A stretch of 32,000 bases of DNA from Akkermansia muciniphila ATCC BAA-835 (GTDB lineage Bacteria > Verrucomicrobiota > Verrucomicrobiia > Verrucomicrobiales > Akkermansiaceae). The notes under the pieces were generated by a model, which was not told the DNA's origin, made no database searches, and worked only from the letters and a program-made list of their open reading frames with translations. Location of the stretch: positions 2,310,001 through 2,342,000 of the forward strand of contig NC_010655.1 in NCBI RefSeq assembly GCF_000020225.1. The letters run 5' to 3'. Each line of letters opens with the position of its first letter. Position 1 is the first letter of the stretch. The position numbers and the translations under genes are program-made. Below, in pieces: positions 7,939 to 17,245 of the stretch.

Positions 7939-9099
7939 ATGTATCAGCCATTTCAATTTTTCATGCCCGCGCAAATCTTTTTTGGCGCGGGTTCTTTGGA
8001 CAATCTTGGTTCCGCTCCCCTGCCCGGCACCAAGGCCCTGATCGTCATCGGCGGGTCGTCCGTCAAACGCCTCGGGTATCTGGACCGCGTACAGGCTCTT
8101 CTGAAAAAACAGGGAGTGGAAAGCGTTGTTTTCGATAAAGTGCAGCCCAACCCCGTGGTGGAGCACGTAATGGAAGCCTCCTCCCTGGCCAGGGAAACGG
8201 GCTGTGATTTCGTCATCGGCCTGGGCGGGGGCAGCAGCATGGATTCCGCCAAGAGCATCGCCGTGATGGCGGCCAATCCAGGAACCTACTGGGATTACAT
8301 CCAGGGAGGTTCCGGCAAGGGGCTTCCCATTCCCTGCAAACCTCTTCCCATCGTCTGCATCACCACTACGGCGGGAACCGGAACGGAGGCGGATCCGTGG
8401 ACCGTCATCACGAAAGAGGACACGCAGGAGAAGATCGGTTTCGGGTTCAAGGGTACTTTCCCCACCATGTCTATCGTAGATCCGGAGTTGATGCTTTCCG
8501 TACCTCCCAAATTAACGGCATACCAGGGGTTTGACGCTTTGTTCCATGCCGTGGAGGGATATATGGCTACAATCGCCTCCCCCATGGGGGACATGTTCGC
8601 GCTCCAGGCTATTGAATACATTGCCAAATATCTTCCGCGCGCCGTAAATAACGGGGATGATCTGGAAGCGCGCGCCTATGTGGCGCTGGCCAATACCTAT
8701 TCCGGGTTTGTGGAAACCATTTCCTGCTGTACGTCGGAACATTCCATTGAACATGCCCTCAGCGCCTTCCATCCTTCCCTGCCCCATGGCGCGGGGCTAA
8801 TTATGATTTCCTGGGCCTACCATGAAGCCTATGCTCCCTCCTGCCCGGAACGTTACGCAAGAGTTGCCGCAGCCATGGGACAGGAAGCCTCCGTGGACGG
8901 TTTCCTGAACGGCTTGAACAGCCTGAAGGAAGCCTGCGGCGTAGACAAGCTGAAGATGTCCGAATTCGGCATTACACCGGATTTATTTGACGAATACGCC
9001 AAAACGGCTTTTTCCACCATGGGCAATCTGTTTGAGCTGGACCGTTGCAAGTTGACTCCGGCGGACGTGGTCAGCATCCTGGAGAAATCCTATTCCTAG
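7939..9099 (+). CDS. Iron-containing (group III) alcohol dehydrogenase
   Basis: Contains the GLGGGSSMDSAK nucleotide-binding motif and a metal-binding His cluster (HSIEHALSAFHPSLPHGAG). The family-typical N-terminus MYQPFQFFMPAQIFFGAGSL favours ATG 7939 over the track start at 7888. Confidence 0.9.
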   Translation: MYQPFQFFMPAQIFFGAGSLDNLGSAPLPGTKALIVIGGSSVKRLGYLDRVQALLKKQGVESVVFDKVQPNPVVEHVMEASSLARETGCDFVIGLGGGSSMDSAKSIAVMAANPGTYWDYIQGGSGKGLPIPCKPLPIVCITTTAGTGTEADPWTVITKEDTQEKIGFGFKGTFPTMSIVDPELMLSVPPKLTAYQGFDALFHAVEGYMATIASPMGDMFALQAIEYIAKYLPRAVNNGDDLEARAYVALANTYSGFVETISCCTSEHSIEHALSAFHPSLPHGAGLIMISWAYHEAYAPSCPERYARVAAAMGQEASVDGFLNGLNSLKEACGVDKLKMSEFGITPDLFDEYAKTAFSTMGNLFELDRCKLTPADVVSILEKSYS

Positions 9100-9119
9100 G
9101 AACAAACTTCCGGGGCTAT

Positions 9120-9146
9120 CGCCCGCAGGGAATATCCCTGCGGGCG
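9120..9146 (+). terminator. Perfect 11-bp GC-rich hairpin 21 nt after the adh stop (candidate terminator or protein-binding palindrome)
   Basis: CGCCCGCAGGG-AATAT-CCCTGCGGGCG. No U-tract follows. Confidence 0.4.
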
Positions 9147-9586
9147 CGAGAGATTTAGCTCAGCCGCGGCATTACCAAGACGAACGCGGCGCGTATGATT
9201 CCGATTTCCTCTACGCTTGCGGAGCAGCTGAACTATTTCAAAGCAGAGGTTTTTCCTGCAGGAGATCTGATGAGCCAATGGTTCCTCTTTGATAATAGCC
9301 TTGCGTGTGGAATCTCCGGGTATCAAGCCTTCAGCCCCCCTTTATCAGATGGTGGAAATCCATTGTCGTTTGTCTCTCACGCGTTGCCGCATAGTCGTTG
9401 ATAATTTGTTGAGAGCTCACTTGTCCAAAAAAGCAGCAATAGAATCCTGCTCAGACTTACAGGGAAACGGGAATTCCATATTGGCTTAACATGTTGCCTG
9501 AGATTTCAAAAAAGGTAGAACCAGATGCAATCCTTTCGGATTTCTCCTTAATCATTTCTCCCATAAAATAAATGAAATAAGAATTT

Positions 9587-9613
9587 GCCCTACTCGTAAG
9601 TAAAGAGTAGGGC
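9587..9613 (-). terminator. Candidate terminator hairpin downstream of hsdR
   Basis: GCCCTACTC-(9 nt)-GAGTAGGGC, a 9-bp stem. On the minus strand it is followed by AAATTCTTATTTCATTTATTTT. It lies about 210 nt past the hsdR stop. Confidence 0.35.
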
Positions 9614-9825
9614 TGTATGAGCTGTCAGAATTCTAACAGAGCAATTTTGAAGTCCTAGTTGCGTGATTCGTCTGATACTGCGTTCAACATACCGCGACCC
9701 TCCGTCTCTGCAGGTGCGTACCAATCAATATCTCCCTCCCAGAATGAGGGTTATTCAAGGGTTTCCCCTTGGCTCTTTTGCAGGAAATCTGCATTTCCGC
9801 CTCATGTCAGCGTAAGCATCATGAC

Positions 9826-12800
9826 TTACGGGAGGTCAAAACCGCCGTTTGTGATGAAATCCCGGAGTATTTTGTCCAGTTTCATGGCCACTTTGGGTGG
9901 GGGTAATGGAGTGTGAGACCCGGTTTCGAAGTAGGCTTTGGCCTTTTTCTTATCCGCTGTAGCTTTCAATGCATCAAAGCGGCCAAAATCGTTGATGTTC
10001 CCCTCAGTCACCCGATGAGACATCATGCCGCGCAACAATGTTTCATCCAGACCAAACACGGCGGCAAAGCGGTGTATGCGGTCGTCCTGGGCTTTTGCCA
10101 TGTACTCGGTCACATAGTCACGGAAAGTCTTGCCCTCTACAGGGACAACATCACCACGCTTAATGTCGTGCAGGAAAATATCGGCATACTTCTGCTCTTC
10201 TTGGGAAAGGAACGCAAAGGACTTATGCAGTTCCTGCTCCGTCTGCTGCAATTCCTCCTCGGTAGCATTGCCCAGTAGCTTCCTAAACTTTTCAAATCGG
10301 GAGTTCATGTAATCATTGTCGATTGCGCCGGTGGATATCGGGATAGGGAAGCCCGGAATGTCGTAAGGTACATCTGGCACATGGCCATCGCTCTCACCTC
10401 CACCGCCGCCGAACAGCTCGTTGTAGCGCACGCTGAGAACATTGAAGGTGTGTTCATCCAGAGCAACCTCCATCGTGGAGTCTGCAAACTGATAGATGCG
10501 CTTATCCCAACGGAAGCCTTGAATCTTTGCGGCTTCCATGCGGGCATTCAAATCCCGGAACAGCCGTGCGAACTTCTTGCATTCTTCCGGCTCCGCAGGC
10601 AAGTGGGAGAAATCCTCAATTCCGGCCTGATGAAACAGATCAGAAATATCCTGATAGATAGTATTGAGCAATTCCAAATTCCTATTCAGTTTCTCCACGA
10701 ACAATCCCAAAGGTTTATCGCCGGAGTACAGCTTCACCGCCTGCTGAACGTTGCGCTCCATGGTATGCGGCTTCCGGTAATAGCGGATGGTGCCGAAAGG
10801 CTTATCCAGACCAAACAGGCGATTGGTGCGGGAAAATGCTTGGATGAGGTTTTCATAGTAAAGCATCTTATCCAGGTAGAGCGTGTTAATCCACTTGGAG
10901 TCAAAGCCCGTGAGCATTTGATCCACCACAATGAGCAAATCCAACTGCTGCTCCGGCGATTTGTCGATACGCTCGTATGGCCGTTTATGCGCCAACCTTG
11001 CAGCAATGTCTTTTTTCATTCCGGCAAAGGTAGGAATCGAAAAATCCTGTCCGTAGCGAGCGTTGTAATCCTTGATGATTTCAACAAGCCCTTGCTCTTT
11101 CATCAGGCCATGGCCGTTGTTGTCGATGTTCGCGTCAAAGATGGCGGAGATTTTCAGGTGCGGGGCTTCTGCTTTCAGGCGCCGGTAGTACTGGACTGCT
11201 TCCTGAATGCTGGCTGTGGCAAAAATAGCATGGAACTTGCCATTATGGCTCAAGACTACCCAATTTTTCAGAATGTCCGCGATGACAGCCTGTTGATGCT
11301 CCTCTCTTTCATATTGGCTGTTAGGCAGATAATGCTCGATGCCGTGCTTCGTTCCCGTTTCATCTTCATACACCGCCGGCATGGGCAACCCCATGTAGTG
11401 CTGAAACACGGCGGCTTTCGCCGGGGCTGCGTAGGCTTCCTCTACTGTGTGCGCTTTCGCTTTTTCCAAGGCAACAGCCGTTTTCAGCTCGCTGTCCTCA
11501 TAGGTTAAGACCTTGTAGGGGTCAAAGCCCAGGACATTCTTATCCCGAATTCCATCGGCAATACTGTAGCGGTGCAGCTCATCTCCGAAAACCGTCGTCG
11601 TCGTATTGTCTTTCTTTTGGTTTTCCTCATGTATGGGAGTTCCGCTAAAACCAAAGAATATGGCTCGCGGGAAGGTGGCTTTGATGTTGATGAGCATATC
11701 ACCGAACGTGGAACGATGGCATTCATCCACAATGAACACGATGCGCTTTCCGCTCATCAGTTCGATGTCAGCCGCTTTCAGTCCGCCCTCTGCCTCATTC
11801 TTAATGTTGTTCATCTTCTGAATGGAGGTAACAATGAGCGTATCGGAAGGGTTGCCGCTTTTCAGTTTTGTAACAAGTTCGCCCGTGTTTTCCGTTGCCT
11901 GAACATCCAGACTGTCATCGGCAAAGCCCCGGTATTCTTTCAGGCTTTGCGTTCCCAGTTCTATTCTGTCCATCAGGAAGATAACCTTGTCCGCGTCTTT
12001 GGACGTGGCTATCAACTGGGCAGACTTGAAAGAGGTCATTGTTTTGCCTGAACCCGTGGTGTGCCACACAAAACCGCCAAGCTGGTTCCTCTCGTCCCAT
12101 TTTGTTTGAGCTACCTTATCCGAAATTTTGCTGGCGGCAAAAAACTGATAGCTGCGCATGACTTTCAACACTCCGTCCGAATTGTCGGCAACAGTATAGA
12201 AGCCTATCATCTGGTGCGCCATGGGGATTGACAACAGGGTGGAAATAACGCTTTTCCAGTCATTAACAGGCTCGTTATCCACATCAGCCCAATGGAAATA
12301 GTAATCCGGATTAAAGCGCCCGTCTATTCCGGGATTGGCGAAATACAGCGTTTCTTCCGGTGTCATGCCAACAAATATCTGCACAAGCGAGAACAGCCCG
12401 CTAAAGACGCCCTCTGCCGTGTATTTCTCTATCTGACGGCAGGCCTGACTCACCGGAACGCCGCTCTTTTTCAGCTCAATATGAATCACGGGCATGCCGT
12501 TAATCAACAGCATCAAATCCCCGCGCCTATTATTGAGCAAGGGGGATGCCGTGGGAAACTTGGGCTGCTGCACAATCTGGTATCGGCTTTGCCCAGCGGC
12601 TATTTCCCTGCGGTCATAAATCTTGAGGGAAACCTCCTTGCCGTAGTGTAAGGTATCAGCCTCGTTATCGCGCGTAATCGTCACGTTTTGGCCGTTGATA
12701 AAACCGTTCAGCTTCAACGGCGATTTGAGCATGGCGATCTGCTCCAGAATTTGCAGCATTTCACCCTCCGTTAAAGGACAATTATTCAGGCTGTCTATGT

Positions 12801-12945
12801 CCCGGTTGTTCTCGAACAGGATGTCAGCCCAGTTTTGGATAAGCTGCTTTTCCGTGTAGTTTTTCAATACTGCGCTTTCCCATCCGTGTTCGGACAACAT
12901 CTTAATGACGGCTTCCTCAAAGGCGCTTTCCGTTGTAAAAGTCAT
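9826..12945 (-). CDS. hsdR: Type I restriction enzyme, R subunit (HsdR), EcoR124-like length and organisation
   Basis: The N-terminal nuclease motif is DLMLLINGMPVIHIELKK. Helicase motif I is HTTGSGKTMTS and motif II is FIVDECHRS. ATG 12945 is preceded by AAGGAG, and the gene follows hsdS by 15 nt. Confidence 0.93.
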   Translation of the reverse strand: MTFTTESAFEEAVIKMLSEHGWESAVLKNYTEKQLIQNWADILFENNRDIDSLNNCPLTEGEMLQILEQIAMLKSPLKLNGFINGQNVTITRDNEADTLHYGKEVSLKIYDRREIAAGQSRYQIVQQPKFPTASPLLNNRRGDLMLLINGMPVIHIELKKSGVPVSQACRQIEKYTAEGVFSGLFSLVQIFVGMTPEETLYFANPGIDGRFNPDYYFHWADVDNEPVNDWKSVISTLLSIPMAHQMIGFYTVADNSDGVLKVMRSYQFFAASKISDKVAQTKWDERNQLGGFVWHTTGSGKTMTSFKSAQLIATSKDADKVIFLMDRIELGTQSLKEYRGFADDSLDVQATENTGELVTKLKSGNPSDTLIVTSIQKMNNIKNEAEGGLKAADIELMSGKRIVFIVDECHRSTFGDMLINIKATFPRAIFFGFSGTPIHEENQKKDNTTTTVFGDELHRYSIADGIRDKNVLGFDPYKVLTYEDSELKTAVALEKAKAHTVEEAYAAPAKAAVFQHYMGLPMPAVYEDETGTKHGIEHYLPNSQYEREEHQQAVIADILKNWVVLSHNGKFHAIFATASIQEAVQYYRRLKAEAPHLKISAIFDANIDNNGHGLMKEQGLVEIIKDYNARYGQDFSIPTFAGMKKDIAARLAHKRPYERIDKSPEQQLDLLIVVDQMLTGFDSKWINTLYLDKMLYYENLIQAFSRTNRLFGLDKPFGTIRYYRKPHTMERNVQQAVKLYSGDKPLGLFVEKLNRNLELLNTIYQDISDLFHQAGIEDFSHLPAEPEECKKFARLFRDLNARMEAAKIQGFRWDKRIYQFADSTMEVALDEHTFNVLSVRYNELFGGGGGESDGHVPDVPYDIPGFPIPISTGAIDNDYMNSRFEKFRKLLGNATEEELQQTEQELHKSFAFLSQEEQKYADIFLHDIKRGDVVPVEGKTFRDYVTEYMAKAQDDRIHRFAAVFGLDETLLRGMMSHRVTEGNINDFGRFDALKATADKKKAKAYFETGSHTPLPPPKVAMKLDKILRDFITNGGFDLP

Positions 12946-12960
12946 AAAATCTCCTTTCAA

Positions 12961-14121
12961 TTAAACAAACATTTTTTCCAGACAGGCTTTCTTGATGTTT
13001 TGCAGTTTTTCCAACTTACGCTGATGAAGGGTGATGAGGTGGTCGATGTTCCTAAAAAATATGGCAATTAACTTTTGCTCTCGATGGGAAGGAAAACATC
13101 CATACCTTTCAATCAATATCGTGTAATGCCGCTTATATCCTTCAGGGATTGGTTTGTATCGCTCCAAGAGGAAATAAAAAAAATCTCCATCTAGAACTCT
13201 TGCTGTAAGGAGTCTTGTGCCATCAGTGGCTACAAAAAAGGGCTTTTGTGGTTTGTAGATTGAAACTGTATGGTCTCCGAAAATCGTTATCTTTGCATAA
13301 TCTTCACAAGGGATTCCGTTTCCATATCCAATAATAGGCTCACTTCCTTGTTGGATAATTTCGAATTTTCCGTCAGGTTCAGGTGATGCTATATACTGCT
13401 TAAACGGAACAGACTCTACCAAATCCCCCAGCTTCTGCCGTTCCCATGCGTCAGTAAATCCGGCAAAGCGAACTTCGGGGAAAAGCTCACCATTTTTCGG
13501 GAACATTTTGTCCAACATCGATTTTTTGATGTTAAGGAGCTTTTCATACTTACGCTGATGAAGGGTGATGAGATGGTCGAGGGAGGCAAACAAGGAACCG
13601 ATTCTTTCTTGCTCTTGCTCAGAGGTCGCCGCAATATCTTGTTCTTCCAAATCGCTTTTATTCAGATTTCCTATAGCTCCATTTCCTCCAGCAACGTTAG
13701 TGCGGATAAACGATGAGTACCAGGGTGCATGCATAAGAGCATTAACGAAAGCAGAATGCGTATACGGATGCGCGAGCAGCATGAACCCGCCGTGTACCAT
13801 TTTACCCTTATCGTCAATAATCAAAGCATGCTTTCCGACTAATCTGCTTGAGCCATTAGCTGCGGTAATTAAAATGTCGCCTTTTTCAACAAGCGGGATG
13901 CACACAGCCGTCTCTTTTACATAAACATCATCCTCTGCTAAAACGAAAGAATCCTCATCTATATTTGACGAGCGCAATACCCTGATTCCAGATGTTGATA
14001 TATCTCTTGGTGAATAGGTTAGCCCTCTTCTAAACTCCGCTAAATCCCCCAGCTTACGCCGTTCCCATGCGTCAGTAAATCCGGCAAAGCGGATAGACGG
14101 AATCAACGATTTCTCATTCAT
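12961..14121 (-). CDS. hsdS: Type I restriction-modification specificity subunit (HsdS), two target-recognition domains
   Basis: Conserved regions are duplicated: RFAGFTDAWER(R/Q)KLGDL occurs twice and (L/I)DHLITLHQRK(Y/L)EKL...KMF occurs twice. The start overlaps the hsdM stop by 8 nt and is preceded by GGAGGA. Confidence 0.9.
   Translation of the reverse strand: MNEKSLIPSIRFAGFTDAWERRKLGDLAEFRRGLTYSPRDISTSGIRVLRSSNIDEDSFVLAEDDVYVKETAVCIPLVEKGDILITAANGSSRLVGKHALIIDDKGKMVHGGFMLLAHPYTHSAFVNALMHAPWYSSFIRTNVAGGNGAIGNLNKSDLEEQDIAATSEQEQERIGSLFASLDHLITLHQRKYEKLLNIKKSMLDKMFPKNGELFPEVRFAGFTDAWERQKLGDLVESVPFKQYIASPEPDGKFEIIQQGSEPIIGYGNGIPCEDYAKITIFGDHTVSIYKPQKPFFVATDGTRLLTARVLDGDFFYFLLERYKPIPEGYKRHYTILIERYGCFPSHREQKLIAIFFRNIDHLITLHQRKLEKLQNIKKACLEKMFV
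13421..14091 (-). repeat. Intragenic direct repeats of hsdS conserved regions
   Basis: 13421-13470 versus 14042-14091 match at 48/50 nt. 13015-13046 versus 13549-13580 match at 31/32 nt. Confidence 0.85.
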
Positions 14122-16675
14122 GGGCGCTTCCTCCGAGCAGGGATTTGAGTTCCTGAATGCCCTGCATATCGAACTCGTTGCCGGTCAATTCATCCAAAAG
14201 CGATACGAGAGAGGACTCTGTCTCAGCGATTTGGCTGTCTACCTCCGTGAATGTCGTTTCATATTTCCCAGCCAAAGCAAGGAGTCGGGCAATGAAATCG
14301 GCAATGACAGCGGAGGGCAACCCGGCCATGCTATCCAGCACGGGAGGAATCCACTTGAGCTTAATCATTTGCCTTGCCTGCTCATCCGTCAATTCCTCAA
14401 TGGTCTTTTTGGTGAGGAGGTGGAGCGCGGTACTGTCCGCCTTGATTTGTTTCTTGAGGGATTTTTCCTCATTATTCAGGGCGTTCACCTTTCGCAGGAC
14501 GGCGAGCGTTTCCGGCTCAACCTCCATGCTCTTGATGGCCTTTGCAACCTCTTTCGGCACAAAGGCGTCGCCCTCATCATTGACAAAGGGCTTGTCCTTA
14601 TCCTCCTCGCTCAGCTCATTCAGCAAGGATTCATACTCTGCCGCGAGTTCACTCAAGCGGGCTTCCCTGGCGTTCAGCCTGGCTAGGTCTGCGGCGAGCA
14701 GGGTTTGCTGCACCAGGGCAAAGGGAATAATGTGTCCAATCCAGCCGTCCTGCACCTCCTGCTTTTTGCCGTCCTTGGTTTTAACGACCATGTTGGGGTC
14801 AACCTGTTTGGAAGAAGCAAAGCCCTCAGTCCTGATAATCTCCAGGTCCACGGCAATCTTTTTCCACTCATCATCCAGCAACTGGTAGGCTTTGTATTTG
14901 TCTATCAGGGGAAGCCCGTTCAGGCGAGAGAAAACATCATCACTGATGATGGATTTTTCTCTGGTGATATTGAGCGTTTCCATACCATCGAGCAATCGGG
15001 TGGTGAGGAATGCTTCAAAATCAGCAAAAGAGGAAGCGTAGCGAGCGGTAAATGCCGTAACATCAGCGGCGTCAAGAACGGACGACTTGAGGTTAGCCAC
15101 GTTCAAGCGGCAATGAGCCTCGCCGGAAGCGGTGAACAGAGCATCTTTCAGATGAGGGAATGCTGCCCAGTACTCATGAAAATCCGCCAGTTCAGACAAG
15201 GGGATGCCGCCAAACATGGTAGCGAAAATATCCCAACGTTCGTTTTTGTCTGAGGAATCGACATAGCGCGGTATATTGAGGTTATAGTCATTGCCCCGGA
15301 TTTCATCAAGGCTTACCACCTTGGCGAACTTCTCCACATCGGCGCGGGCAGAAACCACATCCACAATCTTCTTGATGTCGCACGCGCGGAGGACATTGTT
15401 CTTGCCCACCTTGGCAAAGCCCTTGGACGCATCCACAATCAGCACATCCGTATTTTCCCGTTTCTGCTTGAGCACCATAATGATGGTGGGAATACCGGTG
15501 CCAAAGAAAATGTTGGCAGGCAAGCCGATGATAGCGTCAATATGGTTGTATTCCACCAGATTCCTGCGGATAGCCCCCTCCGTACCGCCACGGAACAGGA
15601 CGCCATGGGGCAGTACAATCGTCATGATGCCGTCAGGCTTGAGGTGGTATAGGTCATGCAGCAGGAATGCATAGTCAGCCTTGCCTTTCGGGGCAAGCCC
15701 AAAGCGGTAACGCGGGTCGCTTTCCTTGTCTGCGGGATTCCACGATTGGGAATAGGGAGGGTTGGAGACAACAGCATCTACATAGAGCGGGTCATAGGTG
15801 TTAACCGGGTCGTTATCATCAAAATACGGCCAATCTTCCTCCAGCGTGTCGCCGTTGCGCGTCACGATATTGTTCGGCAAAATCCCCCGCATTACCAGAT
15901 TCATGCGGGTCAGGTTGTAGGTGTTTTCCTTAAGCTCCTGAGCGTAGTATTTGATGTTGTCTCCCCCGCCCATGTAACGCGCCACGCACTTGCCGATATT
16001 GATAAGCAGGGAGCCTGAACCGCTGGTGGGGTCATAAATCTTGATTTGCTGCCTGTCTTTAAGGTGGGCAGCCACGATTTCCGACATGAGGAGCGAAACC
16101 TCATGCGGGGTGTAGAATTCGCCCGCTTTCTTGCCCGCGTTTGCAGCAAAGTTGCTGATGAGGTATTCGTAGATAAACCCCAGGACATCATAATCCTGCC
16201 GCCCATCCATGGGGATATCCTTGATGAGATGCAAGAGGTCGCGGATGGCTTTGGTGCGGGCACCGGAGTTTTCCCCAAGTTTGGAGAGGCCTGTTTCCAA
16301 GGTGGCGAACACCTTGTCAAAGACCTTTTTGTGAGAGGGATTGATCAGGCGGCTGAAAGCAGAAAGAGCCTCCGTCACATCAGCGGCGTTGAAGTCGCTG
16401 CCCTTGTCAATCCATGTAGAAAAGAGGTGTTTATAGGAGATGAAGTAACCTACATTGCTGCGGATATAGTCAACCGTCTCCGCGTCATCTTCCGTAACAT
16501 GGGGCAAATCATCGTCTGTCCAGTCGTTCTCTTTCAGGAACTTGACTTCCTTGTCGGAAAGGAACTTGTAGAAGATGAAGCCGAGAATGTAGTCCTTGTA
16601 TTCATTGGCTTCAATTTTGGAGCGCATTTTGTTGGCAGACTCCCAAATCTTCGATGCAAGCTGTTGTTTGTTCAT
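14114..16675 (-). CDS. hsdM: Type I restriction-modification N6-adenine methyltransferase subunit (HsdM), long form with a C-terminal extension of about 370 aa
   Basis: HsdM_N-like N-terminus. The AdoMet motif is YDPTSGSGSLL and the catalytic NPPY lies at nt 15752-15763. The canonical core ends near YNLNIPRYVD (about residue 475), but the ORF continues to residue 853. Confidence 0.93.
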   Translation of the reverse strand: MNKQQLASKIWESANKMRSKIEANEYKDYILGFIFYKFLSDKEVKFLKENDWTDDDLPHVTEDDAETVDYIRSNVGYFISYKHLFSTWIDKGSDFNAADVTEALSAFSRLINPSHKKVFDKVFATLETGLSKLGENSGARTKAIRDLLHLIKDIPMDGRQDYDVLGFIYEYLISNFAANAGKKAGEFYTPHEVSLLMSEIVAAHLKDRQQIKIYDPTSGSGSLLINIGKCVARYMGGGDNIKYYAQELKENTYNLTRMNLVMRGILPNNIVTRNGDTLEEDWPYFDDNDPVNTYDPLYVDAVVSNPPYSQSWNPADKESDPRYRFGLAPKGKADYAFLLHDLYHLKPDGIMTIVLPHGVLFRGGTEGAIRRNLVEYNHIDAIIGLPANIFFGTGIPTIIMVLKQKRENTDVLIVDASKGFAKVGKNNVLRACDIKKIVDVVSARADVEKFAKVVSLDEIRGNDYNLNIPRYVDSSDKNERWDIFATMFGGIPLSELADFHEYWAAFPHLKDALFTASGEAHCRLNVANLKSSVLDAADVTAFTARYASSFADFEAFLTTRLLDGMETLNITREKSIISDDVFSRLNGLPLIDKYKAYQLLDDEWKKIAVDLEIIRTEGFASSKQVDPNMVVKTKDGKKQEVQDGWIGHIIPFALVQQTLLAADLARLNAREARLSELAAEYESLLNELSEEDKDKPFVNDEGDAFVPKEVAKAIKSMEVEPETLAVLRKVNALNNEEKSLKKQIKADSTALHLLTKKTIEELTDEQARQMIKLKWIPPVLDSMAGLPSAVIADFIARLLALAGKYETTFTEVDSQIAETESSLVSLLDELTGNEFDMQGIQELKSLLGGSAHE

Positions 16676-16876
16676 AGACAGGGTTGAACAGTATACACAT
16701 ATCTTCCCAAAAGTCCAGCGACAGGCCCATCAGCAATTCCATTTTTTCCGCTTGCAGCGTGGTCTTTCCTCATTCGTTCTGCGTCAAGGAAGCATCGAGC
16801 CTCGTTACCACCGAATTGACAGCGTTTAAACCACCCCTGAAAAACAGCGCGGCTGCCGGGTTTCCATGTTTTTTCT

Positions 16877-17245
16877 TTACCGGGCGGACAGATAGCCCAG
16901 GCCAATGGCAAGGAGCCCCCCGGCAAAGCTGATGAGAGTGTAAAGGAAGAAGGCGGAGAAGTTCCCTTCCTTCAACAACAGGAAGGATTCATTCATCAGC
17001 GTGGAAAAGGTGGTGAAACCGCCGCACAGGCCTGCGGTAAGAAAGAGCCGCGTTTCCGTATGCACCAGGCTCCGGTCGAACAAACCGTAGAGGCAGCCCA
17101 GGATAAAACATCCCAGCAGGTTGACTGCCGCCGTGCCCCAGGGGAACGAACTTGCCGAAGTGACCTGGACGAACCGGGCCAGCAGGAAACGCAATACACC
17201 GCCCGCAAAGCTTCCCAGGCCCACTATCATCAGCATTTTCATCAT
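16877..17245 (-). CDS. crcB: Fluoride ion channel CrcB/FluC
   Basis: 122-aa four-TM protein with family-typical FPWGT..VNL.GCF..G and GFCGGFTTFST-like (GLCGGFTTFSTL) segments. Confidence 0.9.
   Translation of the reverse strand: MMKMLMIVGLGSFAGGVLRFLLARFVQVTSASSFPWGTAAVNLLGCFILGCLYGLFDRSLVHTETRLFLTAGLCGGFTTFSTLMNESFLLLKEGNFSAFFLYTLISFAGGLLAIGLGYLSAR

Noticed and set aside
7914-7941. There is a second dif-like string (TATACA-TTAAGGGCATG) just upstream of and overlapping the adh start.
   Set aside because: Only the central hexamer and 7/11 of one arm resemble E. coli dif. The other arm matches at 3/11, and the resemblance to the local candidate site is 6/11. This is within chance expectation.
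9666-9688. There is a possible direct repeat flanking the restriction-modification block: ATTCGTCTGATACTGCGTTCAAC at 9666-9688 versus ATTCGTTCTGCGTCAAGG at 16772-16789.
   Set aside because: The match needs a 6-nt gap and is only about 15 matched bases. That is expected by chance when comparing a 700-nt region with a 200-nt region, so it is not evidence for att sites.
13176-13183. There are homopolymer tracts (A8/T8 in hsdS; A8 runs in the GH20 gene at about 24838 and about 25785) that might act as phase-variation switches.
   Set aside because: Eight A/T residues is short for slipped-strand phase variation, and the tracts encode ordinary Phe/Lys codons. The window gives no supporting evidence.
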